A stretch of 33,125 bases of DNA from Octopus bimaculoides (lineage: Eukaryota), in NCBI RefSeq assembly GCF_001194135.2, contig NC_068983.1, positions 90,606,265 to 90,639,389 of the forward strand. The letters run 5' to 3'. Shown one piece after another: positions 10,455 through 22,400 of this stretch. Numbering within the stretch: position 1 is the stretch's first letter; each line of letters opens with the position of its first letter. Both the position numbers and the translations under genes were made by a program. The notes below the pieces were generated by a model that did not search any database, had not been told where the DNA came from, and worked only from the letters and a program-made list of their open reading frames with translations.

Positions 10455-11735
10455 ATTTCGAAGAATTTAGAATTTCATGTAACAAGTACCTAATCATTTA
10501 AAGCAAGGCAAGAGTTGGAGGTTGAGACATGTGGCTTCATCTGCTGAGCTATCAGGAGTGGCCCCTAAGGCGATGGGGATGCCAACAATTTGTTTGATGA
10601 TTCTAAGTGTTGGCAGTGGCATTTTCACCATTGACCATAGCAGAGATGAAAAGTAGTTACAATTAAAGTAGACATTATTATTGAAATAATAAAAATGCTT
10701 ATTTTGATTATCAGCACTGTGTTTTCTCCTTCAAGCTCAAATTGTCTTGATTAGTAAGCGATTTTTGATAATTTGTCACTACTTTTCAGTATAATTATAT
10801 TTATTAAAAATACTTCCCATTGAGATCATAGTATGAAGTTTTTATGTGAGCTGTGACTAAGTAGGGCAATACTTTGACAAAATTTCATAAAAATCAATCT
10901 TTAAAGTCAAAAGTCAAATTTTAGGTCAACTTTTTATTTTTATCACAAGGAACAAAAATACACTAAACATATGTTGTAGATCTATTTAAATGCTTTAAAA
11001 TGAAAAAAAAAAGAGTTTTCTAGCTCAAATAGTAGCTGAGATATGACTTCTCAAAGTTATTGAGTAACCAAAAAATGTCACTTTTTTGAAAATTTCAAAT
11101 GGCCATAAATCAGCAAATACTAGAATCAGGTAAAAAAAATATTTCATACTTAAGGGTTTCATATGAAGGCCATTTAGCATGCAAAGTTTGAAAGAAATCG
11201 GTTTTGGTCACCTTCAATTTTTAAAAAAACTGCGTTGCTTTCATATGCACTCCATAACCTCCTTTTCCTTTTATAACTTTCACCATAACTTCCTTTTCAT
11301 TTTATAACCTACTATTGAGCAATTTCTTTATCTGTACCAAATAGCAGATAGTGAACTCAGATGAACTTTGTTACCCTTTTCTATTCAACTTTACTTTTCC
11401 TCCTTCTGAGATACATAAAATAAAAAGGAAATACAGTAAGATGTATCAATCAATTATATCACTTCCTACCATAAATAACTTAGCAAACATATTTATGTTT
11501 CTGTGTATGTGTGAAAGCTTAATCTGCATAACACTAGTGTAAAGCATTGTGTTGTGTAGGTGTTTTCTCTTAGAATGCCATTTGTTGTTGAAACTCCTGG
11601 TATTGGGAATGCATAAGCTTATCTCTTTATCATTTTGCCAATTTGACTATCCATTCCTCTGCGTCTAGGTGCATGTCTGTTTTTCTATTAATTTGAATGT
11701 TCAAATTCTCTCTCTTACTTTTCTTGAAATGTATT

Positions 11736-12007
11736 GTCATCAACATCATTTAATGTCTTCCATGCTGGCATGGGTTGGACTGTTTGACAGGAACTGGTGA
11801 GCCAGAAGACTATGCCAAGCTCTACTGTCTGCTTCAGCATGATTTTGCAGCTGGATGCCCTTCCTAATGCTAACCACTTTACAGAGTGGATTGGGTGCTT
11901 TTCACATAGCACAAGTAAGATCTGCTTTGGCATGTTTTTTACAGATGGATGTCTTTCCTAACACCAACCACTTTACAGAGTGGACTGGGTGCTTTTTATG
12001 TGGCATC
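11736..12007 (-). mobile_element. RTE-type LINE/SINE 3' UTR fragment with an internal ~60-bp duplication
   Basis: Contains ctggatgcccttcctaatgctaaccactttacagagtgg twice, plus catgctggcatgggttgga and a catcaacatcat tail; reverse complement of the 30515-30660 type of sequence. Confidence 0.75.
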
Positions 12008-12262
12008 AGCTTTGCATTAATACCAAATTTTTTACTCTCATTGCAAGTGTGATTTTAATTAGTTTAACATTTTTTTGTTCATTACATTAGATATGTGAGC
12101 CTGCAATTAACTAACTCTCTAAATACACAATACCTTTCAATCTATTTCTTTCTCCATTTGCTTGTCTATCTCTCCATTAGTCAGTTTGTCTATATAGAAC
12201 TGTATTTATCTGTCTACCTAAATTTCCTTCTGTCTAACTGTCAGTATTGCTGTTTCCACTAG

Positions 12263-12384
12263 ACGTATCCACAAGTTAATTGGACACAAAGCTGAGGTTA
12301 GCAGCTGTCAGTTTAACTGGGACTCTTCCTTGGTTGTTTCTGGCTCCATGGACAAGACATGCAAATTATGGGACATAGCCTCAG
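12263..12384 (+). CDS. DAW1: Internal coding exon of DAW1 (WD40 repeat)
   Basis: Acceptor tttccactag ending 12262, donor gtaata at 12385. Translates A+[40 protein letters not shown]+G (122 bp, phase 2 to 1), in frame with both neighbours. Matches recalled DAW1 [33 protein letters not shown]. Confidence 0.93.
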
Positions 12385-12654
12385 GTAATATAGTTCATTA
12401 GTACAGCAGCTAAACACCAGGTATAAGAGTTATTACAGAAATATCTTTATATTTTCTAGGTGCATATACGAGTACAAATACTTATAAGAACACACAGAGA
12501 TGTGTAGCACCCTCATCATATTCATTGTTGAAAATATAGATGCACATATGCACTTATACATGCACACAAATATACTCACAAACACATACACAAGTCAGCA
12601 CAGTAAAAGTAACATTAGTAGTGTGTGTGTGTGTGTGTGTGATAGATCTGCCAC

Positions 12655-12860
12655 AAGCTTACAGGTTTATTAAGTTGGAGCTTGTCCCAAATTCCATGAG
12701 TACAATATGCCTCCTCAGAATGAGATGCTAATCCATTCCATGTTAATGCCCAGCTGTTGCTGGCACTCATTCCTAACTGAGTAGACTGGAGCAATGTAAC
12801 ATGAAGTGTTTTGCTCAAGAACACAACATTCTAATGATTGTGAGCTCAACCCTTCTAGGC
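12655..12860 (-). mobile_element. Old SINE remnant (family 2)
   Basis: Reverse complement has gagctcacaatcat...tgttgtgttcttgagcaaaacacttcat...ctccagtctactcag, similar to the SINE at 23480-23745. Confidence 0.5.
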
Positions 12861-12879
12861 CCTACACACACACACACAC

Positions 12880-13310
12880 ATCATCATCATCATCATCATT
12901 CTTTTAATATTCAGTTTTCCAGGCTTGCTTGGATTAGATGGAATTCACCGAGACAGATTTTCTATGGCTAAATATCCTTCTTGTCTTTAATCTTCACTTG
13001 TTTCCAAGCAGTGTAATATTTCTCCATGATTGAACTTATTTTCACCAAAGATTAGGAACAAATGACACTTTGTATAACATAATGGTGATGCTCACTCACC
13101 ATTATCACGCAATGTCACGACAAAGAGGCACAGGTACATACATGACAAGCTGCTTTCAGTTTTTGTCTACTAAATCCACTCACAAGGTTTGGTTAGCCTG
13201 TGGCTATAACAGAAGACACTTGCCCAGTGTACCATGAAATGGGATGCAACCCAAAAGCATATAGTTAGGAAGTGAATTTCTTAATGACATGGCATTGCTA
13301 GTGTTTGTAT
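12880..13310 (-). mobile_element. SINE: family 1 head with a body ending in an RTE-like (GAT)n tail
   Basis: Head at 13150-13310 (aaatccactcacaagg...gaagacacttgccc on +); (cat)n at 12880-12899 preceded by an RTE-like terminal motif. Confidence 0.65.
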
Positions 13311-13372
13311 CCATGACTACACCTATAATCATACCAGCACTTATAGCCATGCCCATGCCTATTATATTTATA

Positions 13373-14257
13373 TACAGAGTGTCCCAAAAGTCACTAATGG
13401 CTTTCAATTTTTAATAACTTCCTTAACTTTACAAATAAATGCATGACATTTTGATACAATATAAAGGACATAGTGGAAATTAACATGCACAAGTCAAATT
13501 TTGCAACACCACTATATCACATATGAAAAATGACATCGCTTAAATCACAGCTATTTTTGGCTTTGCACACCTGTGCTCTTTCCAAAACTTGCACCATAAC
13601 ACCCTCAAGAATTTCAAACCCCACTTCTCTGATTTCTCTATTGATGTTCTTCAGTTGCACTAGGGTCTCCGGTTTGTTGATGTAAACCCTCTCTTTCAGG
13701 TATGCCCACAAGAAAATATCAAGGCTAGTCAAGTCTGAAGAAATGAAGGCCATTCAAAGTAGATCTCACACATGGTTCCAGCAAGATGGGACAACTGCTC
13801 ATATCGCAAGAGAAACAATGCAGTTGCTACAGCAGTGCTTTGGAGAGAGAATAATCTTCTGCTATGGCTATGTCAATTGACCTTCATGTTACCCAGATTT
13901 GACTAACCAGAATTTTTTCTTGTGGGGATACCTGAAAGAGAGGATTTAAGTCAACAAACTGGAGACCCTGATGCAACTGAAGAACATCAATAGAGAAATC
14001 AGAGAAGTGGGCTCTGAAACTCTTGAGGGTGTTATGATGCAAGTTTTGGAAAGAGCATAGGCATGCGAAGCTGAAAATGGCTACCATTTAAGTGATGTCA
14101 TTTTTCATATGTGATGTAGTGGTGTTGCAAAATTTGACTTGTGCATATTAACTTCTTTTATGTCCTTTATATTGTATCAAAATTCCATGCATTTATTTGT
14201 AAAGTTAAGGAAGTTATTAAAAATTGAAACCCCTCAGTGACTTTTGGGACACCTGTA
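13373..14257. mobile_element. Fold-back non-autonomous Tc1/mariner (maT/DD37D-like) built from two inverted 3' ends
   Basis: TA-cagagtgtcccaaaagtcact ... agtgacttttgggacacctg-TA. Arms 13375-13752 and 13877-14255 are mutual reverse complements, each encoding a degenerate DLT.LDFFLWGYLKERVY...RAQ.C...HLSDVIFHM*. The centre encodes WFQQDGTTAH. Confidence 0.9.
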
Positions 14258-14701
14258 TCTGAACAGTATACAGTGAAAAGATTCAAGATATATCAGTTGC
14301 TGCTAGTTTCACCTACTCAGTTACATTTTAATTGGTAATACAATTTTTCCAATCAAACCCATAACTAACTTTATAGATCTGGCAATAACTGATACTTANN
14401 NNNNNNNNATATATATCTTTATCTTTAATTTTATCCTTTCCTTTTGCCAAACCTCACTTCCTTCCATGTTCTCATGGAAAACTGAGAACAAGGCACATCA
14501 CTTGTCTGACAGTGGCGTTCATTTCCATCTAACATGATGTCAAAATGTGGTGACATAAGTATACAGACACACACACACACACATTCCAGGGAATGATATC
14601 TTCTAACCATCTTCATCTCCACGACGGTCAATTCTGTTGTCTTTTCAATCCAGTAATGTTATGCATAAAACTTACAAGTCTCTTACACTTTATATTGTAA
14701 T

Positions 14702-14760
14702 TCAGTATATGGGGATTGGACAATAAACATAAGCCAGTGTCAACGGTGGTTCCAGAAATT
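14702..14760 (+). mobile_element. Short mariner family A fragment
   Basis: cagtatatggggattggacaataaacataagccagtgtcaacggtggttccagaaatt matches 21395-21451. Confidence 0.7.
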
Positions 14761-14994
14761 TGCATTTGTACCTAATAATCAGCTTATGTTAAGGATGCAT
14801 ACATGAGACAATGTAACTAACTATCTTATAAATAATCTCTCATGTTTTATTTCATTTTCTACATATACTCTGTATAATATTCAAACCTGGATTTCATAAG
14901 TAGGAATACTATTGCAATACTTAAATAGAAATACACATGGAGTTCTAAATACTAGTTATTTGTCACACAACCAAAGGTTTAAATTGCATTGGAG

Positions 14995-15031
<37 letters not shown>

Positions 15032-15036
<5 letters not shown>

Positions 15037-15951
15037 GGTGTTTCAAAAACTTTGATATCATTTGAGATGTAAATATCACAGAAACTACATAGTCAAAGCA
15101 AATGGAACTAAACAGGCTTAAGGTTGAGCAACATAACATTTATTCCTCCAAATTTGAATGAGAAATTCAAAGGTATGTGGATTCCATGAACAAAAAGAAA
15201 AATGGCCCATGAAGATGTTTCTTGGAGATGGTGCAGAACACATTTACTTTTGGTGAGTCCTCATGCTCAACTGTGGCATGGGGATTTTCTTTGCCTCAAA
15301 TGTGAACATTATGCTTATTGACTTTGCCATTCATATGAAATGTGGCCTCATCACTGAAAACAAGACGTTCTTTGAACTTGGCTTCTTCAAGTTTCTCTTG
15401 TGTATCAACACAGAACTGTTTGTGCTTTTGCTTGTCATTGGCTGTTATGGCGTGAATGAGCTTCAGCTTGTGGGGTTTCATTAGCAAGCATTTCCTCAGG
15501 ACACACCAGACTGTCGTTGGAGGAATTTAGGTTTCCAGACTTGTTCTTCTTATGGATTTCTTAGGGCTTCGCAAAAGTTTTTGGTGAACCAGCTCGACCA
15601 TCTCTTCCGATGTTAGCGGTTGTCCAGATCCTTTTGCCCTGCACATACAGCCTTCCTCTTTGAATTTTTTGTGCCATGTCCAAATCTGCATTGCCATTGG
15701 TGACTTTTTAGAGAACTCTCACAAATGCATGCTGCACAGTCTTGTTCGACTGTGTTCGAACATACTGTGTTTGAGCATACTCCAACACACAAAACACCTT
15801 TTTTCTTCCTGTCAATGCCATTTCTATACCTGAAAAGATACACATATCAAAAATTAAACATAAAATTTTAACCTGTTTGAAGTCATTTGAACAAGAACTA
15901 GCAAAGTTATTAGATTGTGAAATTATATCAAATGTTTTGAAACACCCTGTA
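15032..15951 (-). mobile_element. Internally deleted Tc1/mariner (maT/DD37D-like) element inserted in (TA)n
   Basis: TIRs cagggtgtttcaaaaactttgatat and atatcaaatgttttgaaacaccctg, each flanked by TA. The minus strand encodes MALTGRKKVFCVLEY..., RLVFSDEATFHMNGKVNKHNVHI and PKVNVFC...GPFFF, then is truncated. Confidence 0.9.
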
Positions 15952-15960
15952 TATATATTT

Positions 15961-16715
15961 ATAGGAGTGGCTGTGTGGTAAGAAGCTTGCTTACTAACCA
16001 CATGGTTTTGGGTTCAGTCNNNNNNNNNNNNNNNNNNNNNNNNNNNNNNNNNNNNNNNNNNNNNNNNNNNNNNNNNNNNNNNNNNNNNNNNNNNNNNNNN
16101 NNNNNNNNNNNNNNNNNNNNNNNNNNNNNNNNNNNNNNNNNNNNNNNNNNNNNNNNNNNNNNNNNNNNNNNNNNNNNNNNNNNNNNNNNNNNNNNNNNNN
16201 NNNNNNNNNNNNNNNNNNNNNNNNNNNNNNNNNNNNNNNNNNNNNNNNNNNNNNNNNNNNNNNNNNNNNNNNNNNNNNNNNNNNNNNNNNNNNNNNNNNN
16301 NNNNNNNNNNNNNNNNNNNNNNNNNNNNNNNNNNNNNNNNNNNNNNNNNNNNNNNNNNNNNNNNNNNNNNNNNNNNNNNNNNNNNNNNNNNNNNNNNNNN
16401 NNNNNNNNNNNNNNNNNNNNNNNNNNNNNNNNNNNNNNNNNNNNNNNNNNNNNNNNNNNNNNNNNNNNNNNNNNATATATATATATATATATATATATAT
16501 AGATGTATGTATTTGTGTGTCTGTGTTTGTCCCTCCACAATCACTTGACAAATGATGTTGGTGTGTTTATGTCCCCGTAATTTAGCAGTTGAGCAAAAGA
16601 GACTGATAGAATAAGTACTAGGCTTACAAAGACTAAGTCCTGGGGTCGATTTGATTGACTAAAGGTGGTGCTTCAGCATGGCCGCAATTAAATGACTGAA
16701 ACAAGTAAAAGAGTA
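15961..16715 (+). mobile_element. SINE (family 1 head, gap, microsatellite, 3' tail ending gactgaaacaagtaaaagag)
   Basis: Head ggagtggctgtgtggtaagaagcttgc...gggttcagtc lies before the N gap. Tail gataagtactaggcttacaaag...ggtcgatttg...cagcatggccgc lies after it. Joining across the gap is inferred. Confidence 0.65.
16020..16474. other. Assembly gap (others at 4507-4516, 14399-14408, 17773-17929, 26940-27093, 29384-29723, 32203-32212)
   Basis: Runs of N, mostly abutting microsatellites. Confidence 1.
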
Positions 16716-16731
16716 TATATATATAAATATA

Positions 16732-17772
16732 TATCAGGTTGAGTAAAAAGTAAGCAATGTTTAGAACCATGAAGAATGTGTACCAGATTTTTGCAGAGTT
16801 TTGAATTTTAAAAAAATATTTTTTTGAAATTGTCTGATAATACAAACAAAGGCTTGCCAAAATGGCATGAATAAATTAACATTGATATTTTTTCACTGTT
16901 GTTACAATCATCTGAAATGGAATTGTCAAATTTGAGCAATTTTGCTATTCAACTTCAAAAAAGGACATAAAGCATCTGAAACTGCTTGCAATATCAATGA
17001 AACATTTGGTGAGGAAATGACCAGTGATTGGTCAGCTTGAAATGGTTTAAATGATTTTGCAGTGGAGACCTGAGCCTTGAAGATCTTGAGCATAGTGGAT
17101 GCCCATCTGTCATCCATGACGGTCAATTAAAGACTGTCATTGAGAAAGATCCACATAAAACCACTCGAAAACTGGCAAAAGAACTTCAAGTTAGCCAGAA
17201 AACTACCTTCAACCACTTGCTGGCAATTGGAAAATCAAAATAGCTCAACAAATGGGTACTACACAATTTGACTGCAAATCAGAAAATGTGCAGATATGAA
17301 ATTTGCTTGTCACTTCTCCATAACCTGACCGATCCATTTATTCATCTTGTGATGAAAAGTGGATTCTGTACAATAACAAAAAACATTCTTCACAGTTGTT
17401 GGACCAAAATGAAGTACTGAAAACCTTCCCTAAACCTGAACTCTTCAAAAAGAAGGCTATGGTGACTGTTTGGTGGTGTACTGCTGGACTCATCTACTAT
17501 AACTTCTTAAAACCTAGAAAAAACATTACTGCAGAAACATTTTGCCATGAAATTTGCCAAAATGAATGAAAAACTGCTACTCTTCCGTCCCAGAGGGCCA
17601 ATCAATCTTCATGACAATTCTTGACCACACATTTTACTAGTGACGCTCCAAAAGTGAGGGAACTTGGCTACGAAGTTCTCCCACCCCCCAGCTTATTCCC
17701 CAAACCTTTCTCCTACAGACTACCACTTTTTCAAGTACCTTGATGGTTTCCTGCAAGAGGAGTTAAAAAATC
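16732..17772 (+). mobile_element. Mariner transposon family B (decayed, 3' end in gap)
   Basis: TA followed by the TIR-like tcaggttgagtaaaaagtaagcaatgttt. Remnants include FNFKKGHKASETACNINETFG, KWVLHNL, DEKWILY and PPAYSPNLSPTDYHFFKYL. Confidence 0.88.
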
Positions 17773-17929
17773 NNNNNNNNNNNNNNNNNNNNNNNNNNNN
17801 NNNNNNNNNNNNNNNNNNNNNNNNNNNNNNNNNNNNNNNNNNNNNNNNNNNNNNNNNNNNNNNNNNNNNNNNNNNNNNNNNNNNNNNNNNNNNNNNNNNN
17901 NNNNNNNNNNNNNNNNNNNNNNNNNNNNN

Positions 17930-17985
<56 letters not shown>

Positions 17986-18137
17986 GAGTGAGTAGATAAA
18001 CGAAAGGAAAAGGCACTCAACACATTTAGTAGGGGGTTACATGGTATCATTATTTAAAACAGTTTGATTTGGTTTCATGCAACTTAAAGTTTTATAGGCT
18101 TCTAACAGAAACCTATCTCATTCAGGCCCAGATTACT

Positions 18138-21127
18138 GAATGGAGGAATACAGGAAATCCAAGATGGTTACTGGAAATTGGGCTAATTTCTTGAACCATG
18201 TGACTTGACAGCAAGCTGGTGGTGTCTAGGTGTCTGGCAGGCCTTTGAAGGGACTTGGAAACTTACAGAAGCAAGGCTGGTGAGTGTATGTGTGTGTGTG
18301 TGTGTGTGTGTGTACGCATGTGTGTGTGTGAGTGTGTATGTGTGTGTGCATATTTGTGTATGTATGTGTGTAGACCAGATGTGACTCTATACTAGGCATA
18401 TGAGTGCATGAATGTGGATGTGTTATTGGCTGTATTAATGTATGTGCATGTGTATGAATATGTGTGAGTTAGTCCTACTGTATATGCTTGCATATGCAAG
18501 CATGTTTAGGATGCATCTATGAGTGTTTGTACATTCTGGTAATTGTGTATAAATGTATAAGTGTGTGTGTTTGTCTAGAAGAACATATGTGTGCATATGA
18601 TTTTGTCTGGTGTGTGCATGTGTATGTACATATATGTGCATGCTTTTGGTATGTATGTGTGCAGGTGTGACAGATGTATGTTAGTGTAGTGCAATAGTAC
18701 TGCTGGGGTGAGGGTGGGGGAATTAGGCATTGGACTGAAGTTTGGTGGAATGAGGGGTAAAGAGAGGACAGGTGAAGTATATGTATATAGATGTGTGTGT
18801 GTGTGTGTGTGCATGTGTGTGTGTGTGATTGTATATGTATGTGATTATACATAGATGTGTATATGTGTGTGTTTGCATGCATACCCCATGTTTATGGGGG
18901 TGAATGTAGGAGGTTATAGGGGTGCATAAGGTTGTGAGGTTGGCCTGTGATCTGTGTAAGTATTGGTGGTTAGGAACTCTGTTCTTGGTTGTTGGCCAGC
19001 CAATACTAAGATGGTATATCTGAGTTACCAGCAGCCAGTGCATTGAAGTACACCTTGAGGTCATACCTCTGATGGCAGTGGCAGCAATAACATAGTTCAT
19101 ATTTCCTGTTGATAGATACTACAGGTTGGTGGAGAATGTGCAATCTTTTGCAGAGACAGAGCTGGCAATTGAGAGTGCTAGAGTGGGGCCTTGTTGATGA
19201 TAGTCCATTCACTGTTGGAGGTTTTATTCCAGAGATTACAAATGTTTATGCAGACCGCAGGTTGACCTCACAACCTTATACATTCCCTATAACCCCCATA
19301 CATTCACTGCTATAAATTGGTGTGCGCACACAAACACATACATGCACACACATATGTGCACACATGCATGTGCGCGCACGCACACACGCACATACACACA
19401 CATATCTATGTATATATACTTCTCTTCCCTCTTCTCCCCTATACCACCAAACCTCAGCCCAATACCTATTCCCCACCCCTCAGCAACACTGTTGCCACTA
19501 CACTAGCATATATCTGTCATGCCTGTACACATAAATACCAAAATCACGAATATATATGTACACACACATGCACATACCAGATAAAAACAAGCATATATGT
19601 TCTTCCAGACAAGCACACGTATGTTTATGTACCAATACAAGAATGTACACATGTACACACATCCATACATGCATCCTAAACATGCTTGTGTGCATCTGTG
19701 TACAGTAGGCACTAATGTATGTGTTCATACTGATACATGCACACACACACACACACACATATACAAACACACTTGTACAATTACATATGCACATCCACTT
19801 ATACATCTGGCATACGCACATACATACACACACACATACTCTTGCTGGCCTTGGTTCTGATGACTTTTATGTTCCTTCAGAGGCCTGTCAGACACCTAAA
19901 TACCAACTTCCTGTGCAACCAAAGAGTCTGAGAAATTCTCTTTTCTCAAGCATCTAGTATTGCTGGAATGCTGATCTCACTTCTAACAATATCATGTGAC
20001 CTGCCTTTACTAATAGTAGTTCATTTTCCAGTAGCCATCTTGGACTTTCCGTATTCCTTTCTGTTCATCTCTGATTTTTTTTATGTGGTAGGCTTAAATA
20101 ATTGTTGAGCTATTCCTTAACATAAAACCAATGGTAGCTTTAAAATACAAATAAAGAATCTTTATCTACCAATGTGGTGTTGAACGCTCATTCTCATTGT
20201 TTGATATTTATTTGATATTTATGTATGTATAGATGACAGCTTTACAAATCGAGGACCCCAAGGATTACTTTAAAGGATCACAAGCCTAACTTTACCCCTA
20301 AACCCATGGTCAGGCTTATATACCTGTTCAAGTTGGAGTTAGGAAGATTAAGTAAACTGATTATTGAGAGGCACATACCCACCCTTAGGAATATGATCAA
20401 GCTAGATTCATAGTCTAATTCATTTGAGGTACTGCACTGGTTTAGAGACATTAAGGATAAAGGGAACACAAAGTTTATACAAATAGACATTTCCAGTTAT
20501 TACACTTCCATAAATCCCATACTGTTAAATACTGCTAGGAAAAACACTAGGATGACAAGGGAAGAAATAAATATTATAATAGAGGCTAGAAAAATGATTA
20601 TAGAATATTATGGAAAACTGTGGATGAAGAAAGACAGATCTAGTAATTTCAACATAACCATGGGTTCAAATGACTTGGTTCAAGTTACAGATCTTGTAAG
20701 CATTTACATCTTAAGTTGTATAGGGGTGGAGTTTCTGGAACTAGTGGGTGAATTATATAGGGATAACACACTCTTTACAGTACAAAATTGTAACATTTGC
20801 ATATTAGAGAAGTATAGGAAGCAGCTAATAAAATTCTTTAAATAATTAGAACTTAAGATATCAATAGAAACAGAGTATAGTAAAGTTAATTTTCTTCATA
20901 TCACACTCAAGTTTAGCACTGGACTACATCACCCTTTCCATAAGCAAAATGAAAATCTAAAGTATGTAAGTTGAGGATCTCATCATCTGAAAAGTAACAT
21001 AAACTTTATCCCCAAAGGGGTGTTTGCTAAAATATCTAGGCTGTTGACAAATAGGAACACATTTAAAAGACATGAGGGATACTACAACATGGCATTAATA
21101 GAGACTGGTTATTGTGGAAAAATCAAA
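18138..21127 (+). mobile_element. Penelope-like element 2: inverted pLTR-like pair followed by a decayed RT; truncated by a mariner
   Basis: RT on + from ~20235: RITLKDHKPNF...VRLI, FIQIDISSYYTSI, FNITMGSNDLVQVTDLVSIYIL, ELYRDN, VNFLHITL, FHKQNENLKYVS. Arms 18138-18960 and 19245-20066 are inverted. The spacer encodes, on minus, a Penelope-type C-terminus (CQLCLCKRLHIL...SINRKYEL...CHCHQRYDL). Confidence 0.85.
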
Positions 21128-21942
21128 TATTGGGTCAATCCATAAATAATGTGGTTTTTTTCAATTGCATGAACTAAAAGTTGGAGGGGATGGGATAAAT
21201 TACCTGCATCAACTTGCTATAAAACCAGGTAGTAATTTTATCTTGTACTTATCCTTAGTGCAAGTTTTGTATAGTACTGTTCAATTTTAACAGTTTTTTT
21301 ACTATAATGGAAGTGACAAAGGAGCATATTTGGCATATTTTGCTTTATGAATTCAATTAAGAGAACAACGCAATTGAAAGTGGGAGGAATAATTCAGTAT
21401 ATGGGGATTGGACAATAAGCATAAGCCAGTGTCAACGGTGATTCCAGAAATTCTGAGCTGGAAACTAAAGCCTAGAAGATGAACCTTGTCCTGGAAGATT
21501 TGTAGAGCTCAACGAGGACATCCTGCAAACCCTGTTGGAACAAAATCCCATCATAACTGTTGGGGAACTAGCAGAGAAGCTTGGATTTGGTCATTCAGCC
21601 ATTCATCTTCTCTTGCATACCATTGGAAAAGTCAAATTGCGTGCAGAGAGTGAATGTGTGCTCTTTCTTGCTGTCACATCTCATGAATGAACCTTTTCTG
21701 GACCAAATAGTGACTGGTGATGAGAAACGAGTTCTCTATAAAAATGTCAAGTGTTGAAGAGAGTGGGTAGGGAAAGGAGAAACACCAGCACCCCAGGTTA
21801 AAGAAGGTCTTCATCCATATAAGGTGTTGTTGTCTGTTTGGTGTTATATGAAAGGTTTAGTTCACTTTGAACTTTTGAACCCAAACCAAATGATAACAAA
21901 GGAGATTTATTGAGAGTCAACGCTAGAGGAAAAATGACCATT
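21128..21942 (+). mobile_element. Mariner family A copy c (3' truncated)
   Basis: TA followed by TIR ttgggtcaatccataaataatgtggttttt; colinear with 841-1680 apart from deletions. Confidence 0.9.
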
Positions 21943-21949
21943 TTAAAAC

Positions 21950-22400
21950 ACATACAGATGGATAGGCACATAGGTTATATGAACAGACAAGCACATATAC
22001 ACAAATGAAGACTGAAACACATGACCATTTTTACACACACTTCACTTTGCACAAGGACACATATGGAGATATACAACCATACATACAGACACAGTACATA
22101 GTCACAAAAACCCATACACACACACTCAGACATGTACACACAAGGAGACAGAGATCCACACACACACACACACACACATGCAAACACACACACAAACACA
22201 CACACATTCAAGCACACACACATATAAAAACACACAGACACAAACACCCAAGCACATGAATATGCAGAATACATACATACAAACGTATGCATATACATAC
22301 ATATATACATATGCATGCACACACATACATACATGCATACACTTACATGCAGGCATAAACACATACATACATGTGTATGTGCACATACACTGTCCCCCAC
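21950..22400. repeat. Degenerate (CA)/(CATA)-rich microsatellite field
   Basis: Low-complexity CA/TA-rich composition seen directly. Confidence 0.85.

Larger units (their letters stand above)
6108..11252 (+). mobile_element. Sola2-type DNA transposon with ~440-bp terminal inverted repeats (decayed, with nested mariner and SINE)
   Basis: ~6110-6555 is the reverse complement of ~10812-11252. The right end terminates in CTC. An internal DDD-type transposase pseudogene is present. The TSD is not resolved and the left terminus is degraded. Confidence 0.8.

Noticed and set aside
15959-18050. Long ORFs full of X and YIYI repeats (also 26842-27141, 29368-29796)
   Set aside because: Artefacts of N gaps and dinucleotide repeats.
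18435-19957. Many His/Thr- or Cys/Val-rich ORFs (also 21975-22501)
   Set aside because: Translations of CA/TG-rich low-complexity DNA. Only 19006-19212 has meaning, as the Penelope C-terminus.
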